A stretch of 64,000 bases of DNA from Eukaryota sp. GEM-RC1. Its lineage: Eukaryota. Position numbers and translations under genes: made by a program. Below, piece by piece: positions 12,144 to 21,865 of this stretch. Position 1 is the stretch's first letter. Each line of letters begins with the position of its first letter. Location of the stretch: NCBI GenBank assembly GCA_040285855.1, contig JAUFOQ010000003.1:496001-560000 (forward strand). Direction: 5' to 3'. The notes beneath the pieces are model-generated. The model was not told where the DNA came from, did no database searches, and saw only the letters and a list, made by a program, of their open reading frames with translations.

Positions 12144-12302
12144 GATCAGTGATATTGGGTTGTAGAGGTTTGACAAATTTAGCACCTGATCTGCAATCAC
12201 GTTAACACTTTCTTGGAGAATTCCCATTTACATTCCCTTTGAGTGGCCAACTAGAACAGGAGGTACAGTGTATAATATATTAGTAATATAATTGTAACAT
12301 CC

Positions 12303-12626
12303 AATTGAATGTTGACAGGTACAATTCTTTTGTGTTTCAACCTTTTGCGATGTCGATATATGGTAATATTGGACCAGCTACACAAGGTTTTTTTGACTTC
12401 CTTTGGTAAATTGTGTTCTGAGAATGGTAAAGTTTTCAATGAAAATTTTTGGTTGAGTAGGTTAACGTTTGCGTTGTTTCGTTCAATGCACAGATAATTT
12501 AATTCCACTTTAGGTAAGTTGTTCGGTGATGGACAGAAGGATCATAGTTTAGATACTTTAGTTAGTGTCTGTTAGTTATTAACTTCTGCAAATGCATTTA
12601 TTTCACTGACTGATCATAAACCCCGT
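12303..12626 (+). mobile_element. Short 5'-truncated CRE-like 3' end
   Basis: Near-identical to about 63001-63325, including the 3' UTR ending ...tgatcataaaccccgttt. Confidence 0.8.
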
Positions 12627-12732
12627 TTGATTTATATAATTGTTATAGTAACATTAGGAACCGATTATTTTCATTTGCTGGACAGTCATTCATGATGGTG
12701 TACGTGATTCTTGTTATTCCAGTGTTAAAGCA

Positions 12733-13488
12733 CACCGTTTTCACTCTAAAGTTGAACCACTTTTGAATTAGAGTTGCCGTCGACTCGACTGGACTAGACT
12801 CGACTCAGATAAGTGTGAGTACGCTCGCACTCGAGTCGAGTCGAGCGTACTCAGTCTGCAAACTCAATGTCAATTTTTCTGCTCGTCGTTTTTCAACATT
12901 TTACTGATCAGACAATATAGAATGCTTGTTAAACAAACACCAAGTGATGTGGCTTTACTCTTGAATATAGAGATGGATTTACAACCTATATGGTACGAAC
13001 ATTTCTGACGTTTGAAGTCGATTATGTCTACAAAGAAGTTTATAACGAAAGTAGAAATTACTAGATGTTTGTTTGAATTAATAGTTACTACAGTACATAT
13101 AGATCATAGAGATAACTCAAAGCCATTAGCAGCCCAAAACCTAACACTCAAGAGGGCTCGTACAATTTTGGAGTGGAGATGTAATCATTAGAAGGTGGAA
13201 TAGTTGGTAATGTAATGTATAATGTAACTTCTATATTACTTTTATTTTAGTCCTTATTTGGTGTATTCTTGTGTGTTTTTCTCGGCATATTAAGCCGTTT
13301 CAACTTCCACAATAACACTCTGTAAAAAGGATTTTGCATAGTTAATAGGTTATACTAGAACGATGCTTTATGACCTTCAATTTATGTCGTTAAAAACAAA
13401 TAAACACAAAAATTAGGACATCGTCTTGAGTACAGACTGAGCGTACTCGACTCGACTCGGAAAATCTTGAGTACGCTCAAAAACGGTA
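12733..13488. mobile_element. Possible MITE with GACTC/GAGTC subterminal repeats
   Basis: Short inverted ends (ACCGTTTT / AAAACGGT). Clusters of GACTC/GAGTC/GAGTACGCTC repeats at about 12780-12857 and 13425-13480. No TSD seen. Confidence 0.45.
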
Positions 13489-14110
13489 TCTTCTACTGGA
13501 TAAGGATGAAGTCGTTTGGATATAGTTTTAGTACAATATTATTTGATTGTTTTTTCAAATGCATATATTCGTAGGAAGGTTATCTTATTGCGTACCAAAT
13601 ATTGTTTTTTCATTTGTAATACATGCAGTGATTTTACTTCTGTAGCAGTGCGTTATCTTGTTACGACAAATCTTCTATGACTTCAATGGGTCAAATCAAG
13701 GGTGATAAATAAAACGATTATGATCGATAAACGTCTTATGACAAATTCTTAGCTGAAAATTACAATACTAGTAGATGTACTTATAATAAAAAGTCTATTT
13801 GTGCAACTGTTGATTCCCAACTATTGATGAAGAAATGTTTGTTTCAAAGAACTAAAAATACAATACTTATCCTAAACTCAACAGAAACGTTGTGAGTCCA
13901 ATACATAGACTGAAGATCCCTCTTTAGCAGTCAATTTTTCAAAAAAGTCACTGATGTAGAAATTCTTGACCTACAGAGATTTCAAAATAATAATCTACTG
14001 AACTGACGAACAGATACAAACTTGGCCAATATCCATCAAAACAGTGACATAAACTAAACCTGTACCTACAAGAAGAATTACTTCAACACAATTAATTCCT
14101 GAGACACAGA

Positions 14111-14695
14111 TTAATCTTCATTTGAACTAGAAACAGTTTCATAAGAAGAATCTGACAGCACATCATCTTCGTAACAAGATAGTTTGGGCGTAGGACAATC
14201 CCTCGTAGAGGTATAGTGATTCAAAGAGTTTGAGGATATGGATAATAACGTAGCTAGTGTTGAGCGATTAGCTTCAAGGTTATCAACTAGTTGTGCATAC
14301 GGCACAGATTCATCAGAAGTCACAATGGCATCAGGGGGAAGCTCGTTTACTGATATTGTTGGTTCTGAAGGGTTAGGTTCCTCTAATTGAGAAACTTCAA
14401 TGACACGTCTTCCTTCGATATCTTTCCCATAAACCGATGGGAGACTTTTAAATGCTTTGGCTTCCTTCTTGAAATTGTTTTCGAGATTTCGTTGCCCAAA
14501 ACCCCCATAAACAGGAAGAAAGGCTATCAATGTGTTGGAAAAGGGGTAAGAAGCGGAAGGAGGTAATGAACCAGATGGAGTTCTCAATACAAATGAACAT
14601 GGTAAGACGTTTGAAAGATAAGTGTAAATACAAGATAAAGTAGTGTTGGAAGGGAACAAATACTGCGTCTGGCCAACGTGGACGCTAAACATCAA
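14111..14695 (-). CDS. SDE2-like protein (ubiquitin-like N-terminus)
   Basis: UBL-like N-terminus ending LPVYGG-FG, then GKDIEGRRVIEV, resembling SDE2 GGKGGFG...RDLSGRRL. Confidence 0.55.
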   Translation of the reverse strand: MMFSVHVGQTQYLFPSNTTLSCIYTYLSNVLPCSFVLRTPSGSLPPSASYPFSNTLIAFLPVYGGFGQRNLENNFKKEAKAFKSLPSVYGKDIEGRRVIEVSQLEEPNPSEPTISVNELPPDAIVTSDESVPYAQLVDNLEANRSTLATLLSISSNSLNHYTSTRDCPTPKLSCYEDDVLSDSSYETVSSSNED

Positions 14696-15577
14696 TAACA
14701 GAAAAGTATTTTGGTTGGGGGAAAAAGTTGTCTACTAGTAGTGTTTTGCTTTCAGTGTGAATAAAATCCACATCCACATCCACATTTTCATCATCCAAAC
14801 TCATATCCACAACGAAGCCACACTCTGGTACTTCTCGTTCTTTTAGAGCTCTGTGACTCCCCAAACCGAATGCTAGTGACATTTGCTGACGACGTATAGC
14901 CGATACAAATGTTAAATGCCAATATCTCCTCGTAGACATTGTTACTCCTTCGTCTTTGATTCTCTTTCTTGTATAATAAACAACTAGTGTCTCTTCTGCG
15001 TATCTTCGTTGACAATTATTTCACTGACGACATCAAGACATCACAATTCCAGCCAAACATACATACGCGTCATCTTTATTGTTCTTTAAATGCTCTGCTT
15101 TGCACTTCTCGCCATTTCCTACCTTTTTTGGGAACTCCACAAATTCTCCATGTTGGAAACTTCTAAGATTGGCCTGCAAGTTTCTGAACCCAATGCCACT
15201 TTCTTTTGATGACCTCGACACCCTGAAAAGTTTACAAGAACTTCAATCACTTAAAGCACATGCTTTTGAAGACACAACTGTTCGATGTTGTGTAGCTTAT
15301 CAATTTTACGCACAGCTCAAGAAGAACTCAGCAGTTTCTACTGTGTTTCTCAGTCCACTATCTCACGGTGGCTTCGTCAAATCTGGACTAGTTTAAGAAG
15401 TTTTTGTGAGATTCTATTAGTATTCAATGGAGTTTATAAATTTAGTTGTACTCAACACTATAAGTTTTAAATATTATGACTGTTTGGATCATTATCTGTA
15501 TTGGACAGATTACGTCCAATACCTTCAGATAATACTGTCGGAGCAGGATCTGCCAATCTGTTAAAAAGTCCTATATG

Positions 15578-15877
15578 ACAACATTTGTAACTACAACATT
15601 TGGTGATACAACATTTGTAACTACAACATTTGGTGATACAACATTTGTAACTACAACATTTGGTGATACAACATTTGTAACTACAACATTTGTAACTACA
15701 ACATTTGGTGATACAACATTTGTAACTACAACATTTGTAACTACAACATTTGGTGATACAACATTTGTAAGTACAACATTTGTAACTACAACATTTGGTG
15801 ATACAACATTTGGTGATACAACATTTGTAACTACAACATTTGGTGATACAACATTTGGTGATACAACATTTGTAATG
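15578..15877. repeat. Tandem array of 20 x 15-bp units in two variants
   Basis: Units ACAACATTTGTAACT and ACAACATTTGGTGAT in irregular order, with no spacers. Confidence 0.95.
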
Positions 15878-15966
15878 AAAGTGTCGTTCGTATGTGTAAT
15901 GAATTGTTGACATTGATATTTTTTTTAAACACAACCAATAAAATATACAATCACAGTTTATCATAC

Positions 15967-18414
15967 TTAACTAACACTACTATATCTCCCCATCACACTC
16001 GCAAACATCACAGCCAACGAAAACGACTCCTTATATCCAATCCCACAACAATACTGACACATCACTTCACGAAATTCCTCCAATATTCCTAAACACTGTT
16101 CATCACACATCACTTCATCATTTAAATCTAATATCGACACAACAAAAGTGTTGGTCAACGACAACACATTAAAGTACTTGTCCCTATCATTCAAATGAAA
16201 ACTCAAAATTTTCGCAATCAATACATTTAAATCTTTTAACAACTGAAGTTTCAATTTCATATTTGGAAGACAATCTGATGTTGAATCATTTTGGTTCCTG
16301 TGTAGTGGTACAATATCGTGTACAATTGTTAAAATTTTTGTTTCTGTCTGCATGGCAATACTACGAGTATTGTTCAAGTTGTTTTCAAAATCTGTCTGAA
16401 GACCAAGTGAATTTGTTATTCTGTTGATAGATGCAGTGTCCTCATGATCTGTAACTTTTTTTGATAATTTCAAACTAGGTAAATTCAAATTTGGTTTGAG
16501 AGTATTTCGAGACAATAGATTTGGTCTCAATTTAGGCAAAGTAGTGACTGTTGTTTTTTTCAGTTTTGGCACAGGTTTGTTAAAAATTAAATCAGAATTG
16601 ATGGCACTTACACTTTGATTATTGAGACACTCATCGTCATCATTCACAACAAAATCATTCATACTAGACGACGCATCGTCATCATCATCAGTTTCATCAT
16701 CTCCACTATCACTTCCAGAGACAACAACTTCACTATCGAATAATTCTAAAACTGAATCAGAAGTGGTATTCAAATTTTGAATTTTTGGAACATCTTCCAT
16801 CAAATCTTCCTCAATTTCTTCATTGACTGGATCAAGAACATCAACAGTTTCCATACTTTCACCAACAATAGAAATAATATTGGACGAAAATTCATCAAAA
16901 GTTTTCAACACAGAAGGCCAATTTCTAACAATTCTTTCATCTTCTAATGGTAAAGGATAAAGAGGTTTAGTAACCGGTCGACAGGGGTGAAAAGTGGAAT
17001 AATACCACTGATAAAGGTCAATTCTTGGTTTGGGAAATCTAGAAGAAATATCTAAAATTTTAATTGAGTTCCAGTTCTTCACCCTACTCAATGTAACGTA
17101 CAATTGGGCATATTCCCAAAAATTTAATGATACTTCAATTCCTTCAATTGTTAGTCCCTGAGATCTATGGACTGTTATTGCCCAACAAGGACGAAGAGGA
17201 TATTGCAATCGGGATGCTATAATTACAGGCTTTTTCTTCTCATTCAACACCTCAATTTCAAATTTAGTCGGAATAATTTTGATTGGTTCTTCGTCCCTCC
17301 CGAATCTTACATTAATGAAATGTGAAGTTTCCGAAAAATCAATAATTTTGCCTTTTGACCCATTTACTAGGCCCAGATCTGGTTTGTTTTGGGTAAAAAT
17401 TACCAAACCCCCGACGACACAGTGAAATTTTTGTTCGGCAAAATCGTTTAGCCTACTTGATAATTTTTTTAAATTTAAACCAACAGCCTTTTCCATTTGT
17501 TCCTCATTAGGCTTACCAAATGCCCAACTTTTAACAATTTCTGATTTAATTAAGGTTTCATTGAACTTATCGAGGGAATGAAATTCAACATTTTCATTCC
17601 CTTGTTCACATAATAATTCAAATTGCTTTAAATTTTCGTCTGCGACATCCTTGTTTCTAGCAAATAATTTGGTTGGACTTTCAATATTTTTGGCTAATGA
17701 CTTATGTTTCAATAAAATATGTTTCATATAGTCATCAAAAAGACCAAGACGTAGTTCATTCAAGAAATTATAAAAATTGACATCATTTTGTTGTCGGATA
17801 CTTCCAGATAATTCAATAAAATTTAAATTCAAGTCCTTCCAAGACTGTGATGAAAACGTAAAGTCTGAAAGTTGAAGGACATTACGTGTGTTTGAGTCGG
17901 ACTTTACAATTGGTGCAAGTTGCAAAAAATCTCCAAAAATTACAACTTGAAGTCCACCAAATGGTAACTCAGATTTCAGTAAATCTTTAAATATATCAGA
18001 TGCTCTGTTGAATAATTCAGCAGTCAACATTGAAATTTCATCAATTACCAGCATTGAATTTCTGGCAGTAATAGATCTTAAAATAGATTTAACACTCGAA
18101 GGCATAGAGCGAATGACATCAGATATTGGTTTTTCATTACGGATAAAATTATAACCAAAGAGAGAGTGTAGTGTTTGACCACCAAAGACAGTTGAAGCAA
18201 CACCAGTAGTAGCAGTAAAAAAGACATGGCCATTGGGTCTCATTAGCTTGGAACCCGCATTAGACCACCACTGTTTAAGACAGTACAGTAGGTAAGACTT
18301 GCCCGATCCGGCACCACCAGTAATGAAGAAATTTCGACGCTTAGAAGGTCTAGCATGAGTTATCGCTTGGAAGACCTGAGCCTGTTCGTTTGTAAGTGTG
18401 TTGATAATGGACAT
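15967..18414 (-). CDS. PIF1-family (SF1B) DNA helicase with acidic C-terminal extension
   Basis: GGAGSGKS, TATTGVAS...GQTLHS, IDEISML, FGGLQVVIFGDFLQLAP, RQ, NGSKG, RLQYPLRPCWAITVHRSQGLT, QLYVTLSRV. Intact and intronless, 815 aa. Confidence 0.95.
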   Translation of the reverse strand: MSIINTLTNEQAQVFQAITHARPSKRRNFFITGGAGSGKSYLLYCLKQWWSNAGSKLMRPNGHVFFTATTGVASTVFGGQTLHSLFGYNFIRNEKPISDVIRSMPSSVKSILRSITARNSMLVIDEISMLTAELFNRASDIFKDLLKSELPFGGLQVVIFGDFLQLAPIVKSDSNTRNVLQLSDFTFSSQSWKDLNLNFIELSGSIRQQNDVNFYNFLNELRLGLFDDYMKHILLKHKSLAKNIESPTKLFARNKDVADENLKQFELLCEQGNENVEFHSLDKFNETLIKSEIVKSWAFGKPNEEQMEKAVGLNLKKLSSRLNDFAEQKFHCVVGGLVIFTQNKPDLGLVNGSKGKIIDFSETSHFINVRFGRDEEPIKIIPTKFEIEVLNEKKKPVIIASRLQYPLRPCWAITVHRSQGLTIEGIEVSLNFWEYAQLYVTLSRVKNWNSIKILDISSRFPKPRIDLYQWYYSTFHPCRPVTKPLYPLPLEDERIVRNWPSVLKTFDEFSSNIISIVGESMETVDVLDPVNEEIEEDLMEDVPKIQNLNTTSDSVLELFDSEVVVSGSDSGDDETDDDDDASSSMNDFVVNDDDECLNNQSVSAINSDLIFNKPVPKLKKTTVTTLPKLRPNLLSRNTLKPNLNLPSLKLSKKVTDHEDTASINRITNSLGLQTDFENNLNNTRSIAMQTETKILTIVHDIVPLHRNQNDSTSDCLPNMKLKLQLLKDLNVLIAKILSFHLNDRDKYFNVLSLTNTFVVSILDLNDEVMCDEQCLGILEEFREVMCQYCCGIGYKESFSLAVMFASVMGRYSSVS

Positions 18415-18867
18415 TGAGTGTGTGAAGTGGTGATGTTTAAGATGCAGATTGTGCAGGGAAACTTTCCTTTTACTATAATTTATATAACTATCTCCACTTT
18501 ATGGAAAATGCTGGTCGTACATAATTCTTAGAAGCTTGTTCTATCATGATGAGCTTTCTATCGTCTCATATGTCAAATTATATGTCTATGTAAAACGTGA
18601 TGTTGGTGCTGAGATTGAGCTTGATGACAAGCAATGTTTCTTGTCCTTGGACTACTTTCGAGCACTTCAATACATATCCGAGTCTTTTAAAGTCACCCCT
18701 TGATCTTACAAATCAAACATGAGATCTCTCTCCTAGCACTCGTTGATGCCATTCTATCTGAAGACAAGGTAACTTCTGCTTCTGTTTCACTAAATCCAAG
18801 GTAATTCCTCATCCTCCCTCCACTGCTGATGTTCCTCGTAGAAGTGGAACACCCCGATTTGTGTTCT

Positions 18868-19671
18868 CTATATGTCGAATGTAATCTCCTTATTGCTATA
18901 TGTTATAAAATAAAACTGTTCTTTATACTTAAGCAATGAATCAATGAAACTCACAAACTCCTTGTCACAATCTGCATCACATTCATAAATCTCATTCACA
19001 TCAAACAAGTTGAACAACGAAGACACCCTTTTAACAACAACGGACATTTCAATAAACTCCTCATCTTGACTGTTCTCACACATAAGAATTATATCTGTCA
19101 ATGGTTCAGAACATCCTGTAAACTCTTGGAATACTTCAGTAAGTAACATTTCCCTACACTCATCACCATTCAAAGACAATAGCAAAACTGTCAATACTTT
19201 AACTAGACACTGCCGATCACTAATACTCCAAAGAAATTCGGAAATATCATTGAGAAACAATATTCTTGCACACTTTGTGATCAACAACGTGTTTTACATT
19301 GCTTGTAAAGAATTTGCAAGTACAAATAACAGGTCAGAAAAACAATTTAGCATTCCCTCAATATCTACACTACTACAACAACAACAAACAATTTTGAATA
19401 CCACGTTCCACAATGGAATCGACGGCATTGTCTTACATTTCGCTAGTATATGTGAGCAGATGGAAAGTAAAGGAGATAAAGAAGTTAAGTCATCTTCAGG
19501 ATTTGGATGAAAGCTCATACGATGTATGTGAGACAAAAGTGATGTCAATTTGTCAAGAGAGTTAAGTTCTCCTATGGCCATGCATTTGATACACCCACAT
19601 GCTTGTATTTGTTGAATGAGATATGTTTCAAAGAATTTTGCCAAACAATCTTGTAAGATATTGTTGGTCAT
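18868..19671 (-). CDS. Hypothetical helical protein (two adjoining ORFs, probably one frameshifted gene)
   Basis: Abutting 125-aa and 139-aa ORFs on the same strand; no recognisable motif. Confidence 0.35.
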
Positions 19672-19770
19672 TGAATTGATAGTGAAGGAAAATATTTTTC
19701 CGGCAAAAATCCAATGTCAGTTTTATGTCTTTATTCGCTCTCATTTCAGTCTTCTGATGATGCTACGTCT

Positions 19771-20349
19771 ATGTCTGTCAATTACAACAAGAAACTACGC
19801 TCTAATGCGTTCCGAAGAAAGAATATGAACAAGCACCAGGATGTCTATAACGTCTTTAGTTATACATCCAAAAAGGTTGATGGTAAAAATGTCCAGCTCG
19901 GTCCCAATGGGGACTATATCCTAATTTCACGATCTCGTGATAATTCAACTGATGGACTTTCTATAAGTACCAACAATGATGAATTCCTCTCAGACTTGGT
20001 ACAATCTAAGGAAGACTTTTTTGAGAATATTGTTCACTTTATTAATTCTAGAACTCAATATTTAGCTTCCCAAGGCGCAAAAGTACCAGACATTCCTTCA
20101 CGTTTTAAGAAAGTGTATGGTAAAAATCCCGACGAAAACGAAGATCTTTCTGAGTTCTATTCAATTGCTCCTAATGTTATTCATGAAAGAACTCATATTG
20201 TTAAGAAAAGAATAAGTACCTTAAAGAAGCTAATGTTGTTAGCAAAGAAGCCACAACTCCAGAACCTCTCACAAAGTCCTCTCGTAACTCTCCCATCGAA
20301 TCCGCTCCTTCTACTCCTACTGAAAACAATGAAATTCAATCCTCCCTAG
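19771..20349 (+). CDS. Hypothetical basic protein (may continue past a frameshift)
   Basis: About 190-aa open frame from MSVNYNKK, divergent from the previous ORF; no family recognised. Confidence 0.35.
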   Translation: MSVNYNKKLRSNAFRRKNMNKHQDVYNVFSYTSKKVDGKNVQLGPNGDYILISRSRDNSTDGLSISTNNDEFLSDLVQSKEDFFENIVHFINSRTQYLASQGAKVPDIPSRFKKVYGKNPDENEDLSEFYSIAPNVIHERTHIVKKRISTLKKLMLLAKKPQLQNLSQSPLVTLPSNPLLLLLLKTMKFNPP

Positions 20350-20728
20350 GATCACTTGTTTCCAAGACTTTGGGACAGCAGTGTGGAAAGCAACAGCCTA
20401 TCTCAGGCAGCGATAAGAGAAAGAAGTTAGAGATAAAGAAGTTAAATGTAGGACCTGTTTTGCAGAAACAACTGGCAAGTAGAACAAAATAAAGAAGATG
20501 TTGTTTATTGAATGAGATAAGTGTGCATGGTCTAGTATAGGACTCGAAGATGTGAAGTGAAGTCTAGGTTCACTTTTCTTTCATACATGAATCCACTGAT
20601 CTAATTCTAGATAACTGAACCTCAACCTAAGAAGATTGTTGACGTTGACAGCGTTGTCAAGACTGGTCATGAGGCAGTGATTACTCTTTTAGCAAACTCT
20701 AAGCATTCACTTGACGAGAAGGAACTTG

Positions 20729-20989
20729 AACTCATCTTTAGTGCAGTTGCTTCCGCCCTTCGTGAAACCACCACCCCAGTAATTGAAAGAGCTATTCGAA
20801 TTGCTGGTGATACTGCTCGTGATACTGCTAGCCTCCTCATACACCATATGCGATTTAAAACTCACCTTTAGTGCAGTTGCTTCCGCCCTTCGTGAAACCA
20901 CCACCCCAGTAATTGAAAGAGCTATTCGAATTGCTGGTGATACTGCTCGTGATACTGCTAGCCTCCTCATACACCATATGCGATTTAAA
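20729..20989. repeat. 130-bp tandem duplication
   Basis: 20729-20858 is repeated at 20859-20989, almost identically. Confidence 0.9.
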
Positions 20990-21865
20990 TTTGTTTTTAT
21001 AGATCATTAATGTAGTTTTCTTTGTTTAGATATCAATAAAGCATCCCGTTCTTCTTTTGTTTCCAAGTCTCTCCCTTGTTAACACGAAATCAACATATAC
21101 GTTCTAGTTCAATGCATTGTCTATCTTGTGATACACAAGAGCATTGAAAATATCATTGTTGATGTATTAAGTAATGAATGATGTCAAGTAAGTAAGTACA
21201 GAAATGTTGTATTTGAAGTGTATGAGATATCCGAAGACAGAAAAGATGTCTGCTATCTGTAGACAAACAGACATGACTCCAAAAATGAATACTGCAATTT
21301 CACTTTTCTTCTCTCTTGACATGCGTATGATCCTCAATCTTTCTAACTATAGACTGCGCAATATGAAAAGAAATTTTTCACTATGGTAAGTGCTTACCTC
21401 AAAGCTGAATTAGTGAGGTGTGACGCCGTTCCCCAGGTTGTCATCCAACATTTTTACCCAGTTGTCTCCCGCTTGGACAAATGGCAATGAAGGTGTTCGG
21501 TTGGCAATCTATGGTTCATCCGTCGTTACACTCGCTACTTACTACCTAAGTCATAAGCGTGTGATTCCCTTCACACAAATTACCTACTATGACCATGGCC
21601 GTGTTCTACTCTTGAAGATTGACCTCTGAGAAGTTTAAGACAATGTCTTGTGACTTGTATTGACCACACTGTATAACTTTCTTCGTTCCATCCGTTTCAT
21701 TTCTCTCTGCTCTTCTTCCACTGAATTGCTTGTGACACAAGCAATAGACGAAAAAGTTGTTGTGTTAGCAAACTAAATGTAGCAGCATCTAAACAACTCA
21801 AAGTCACTTCTATCGTCTTCTCCATATGAAACAAACAGAATGATGACGATATTGCTCACTAACCC

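Noticed and set aside
14700..15470. Several short ORFs on both strands
   Set aside because: Fragmentary and without recognisable motifs; cannot tell a degraded gene from element edge.
15578..15877. CRISPR-like array near an RNA-guided nuclease
   Set aside because: Contiguous 15-bp units with only two variants and no unique spacers; eukaryotic context.
15467..15964. Cys-rich 165-aa (-) and Thr-rich 111-aa (+) ORFs
   Set aside because: They are translations of the stop-free 15-bp tandem array; no independent evidence of coding.
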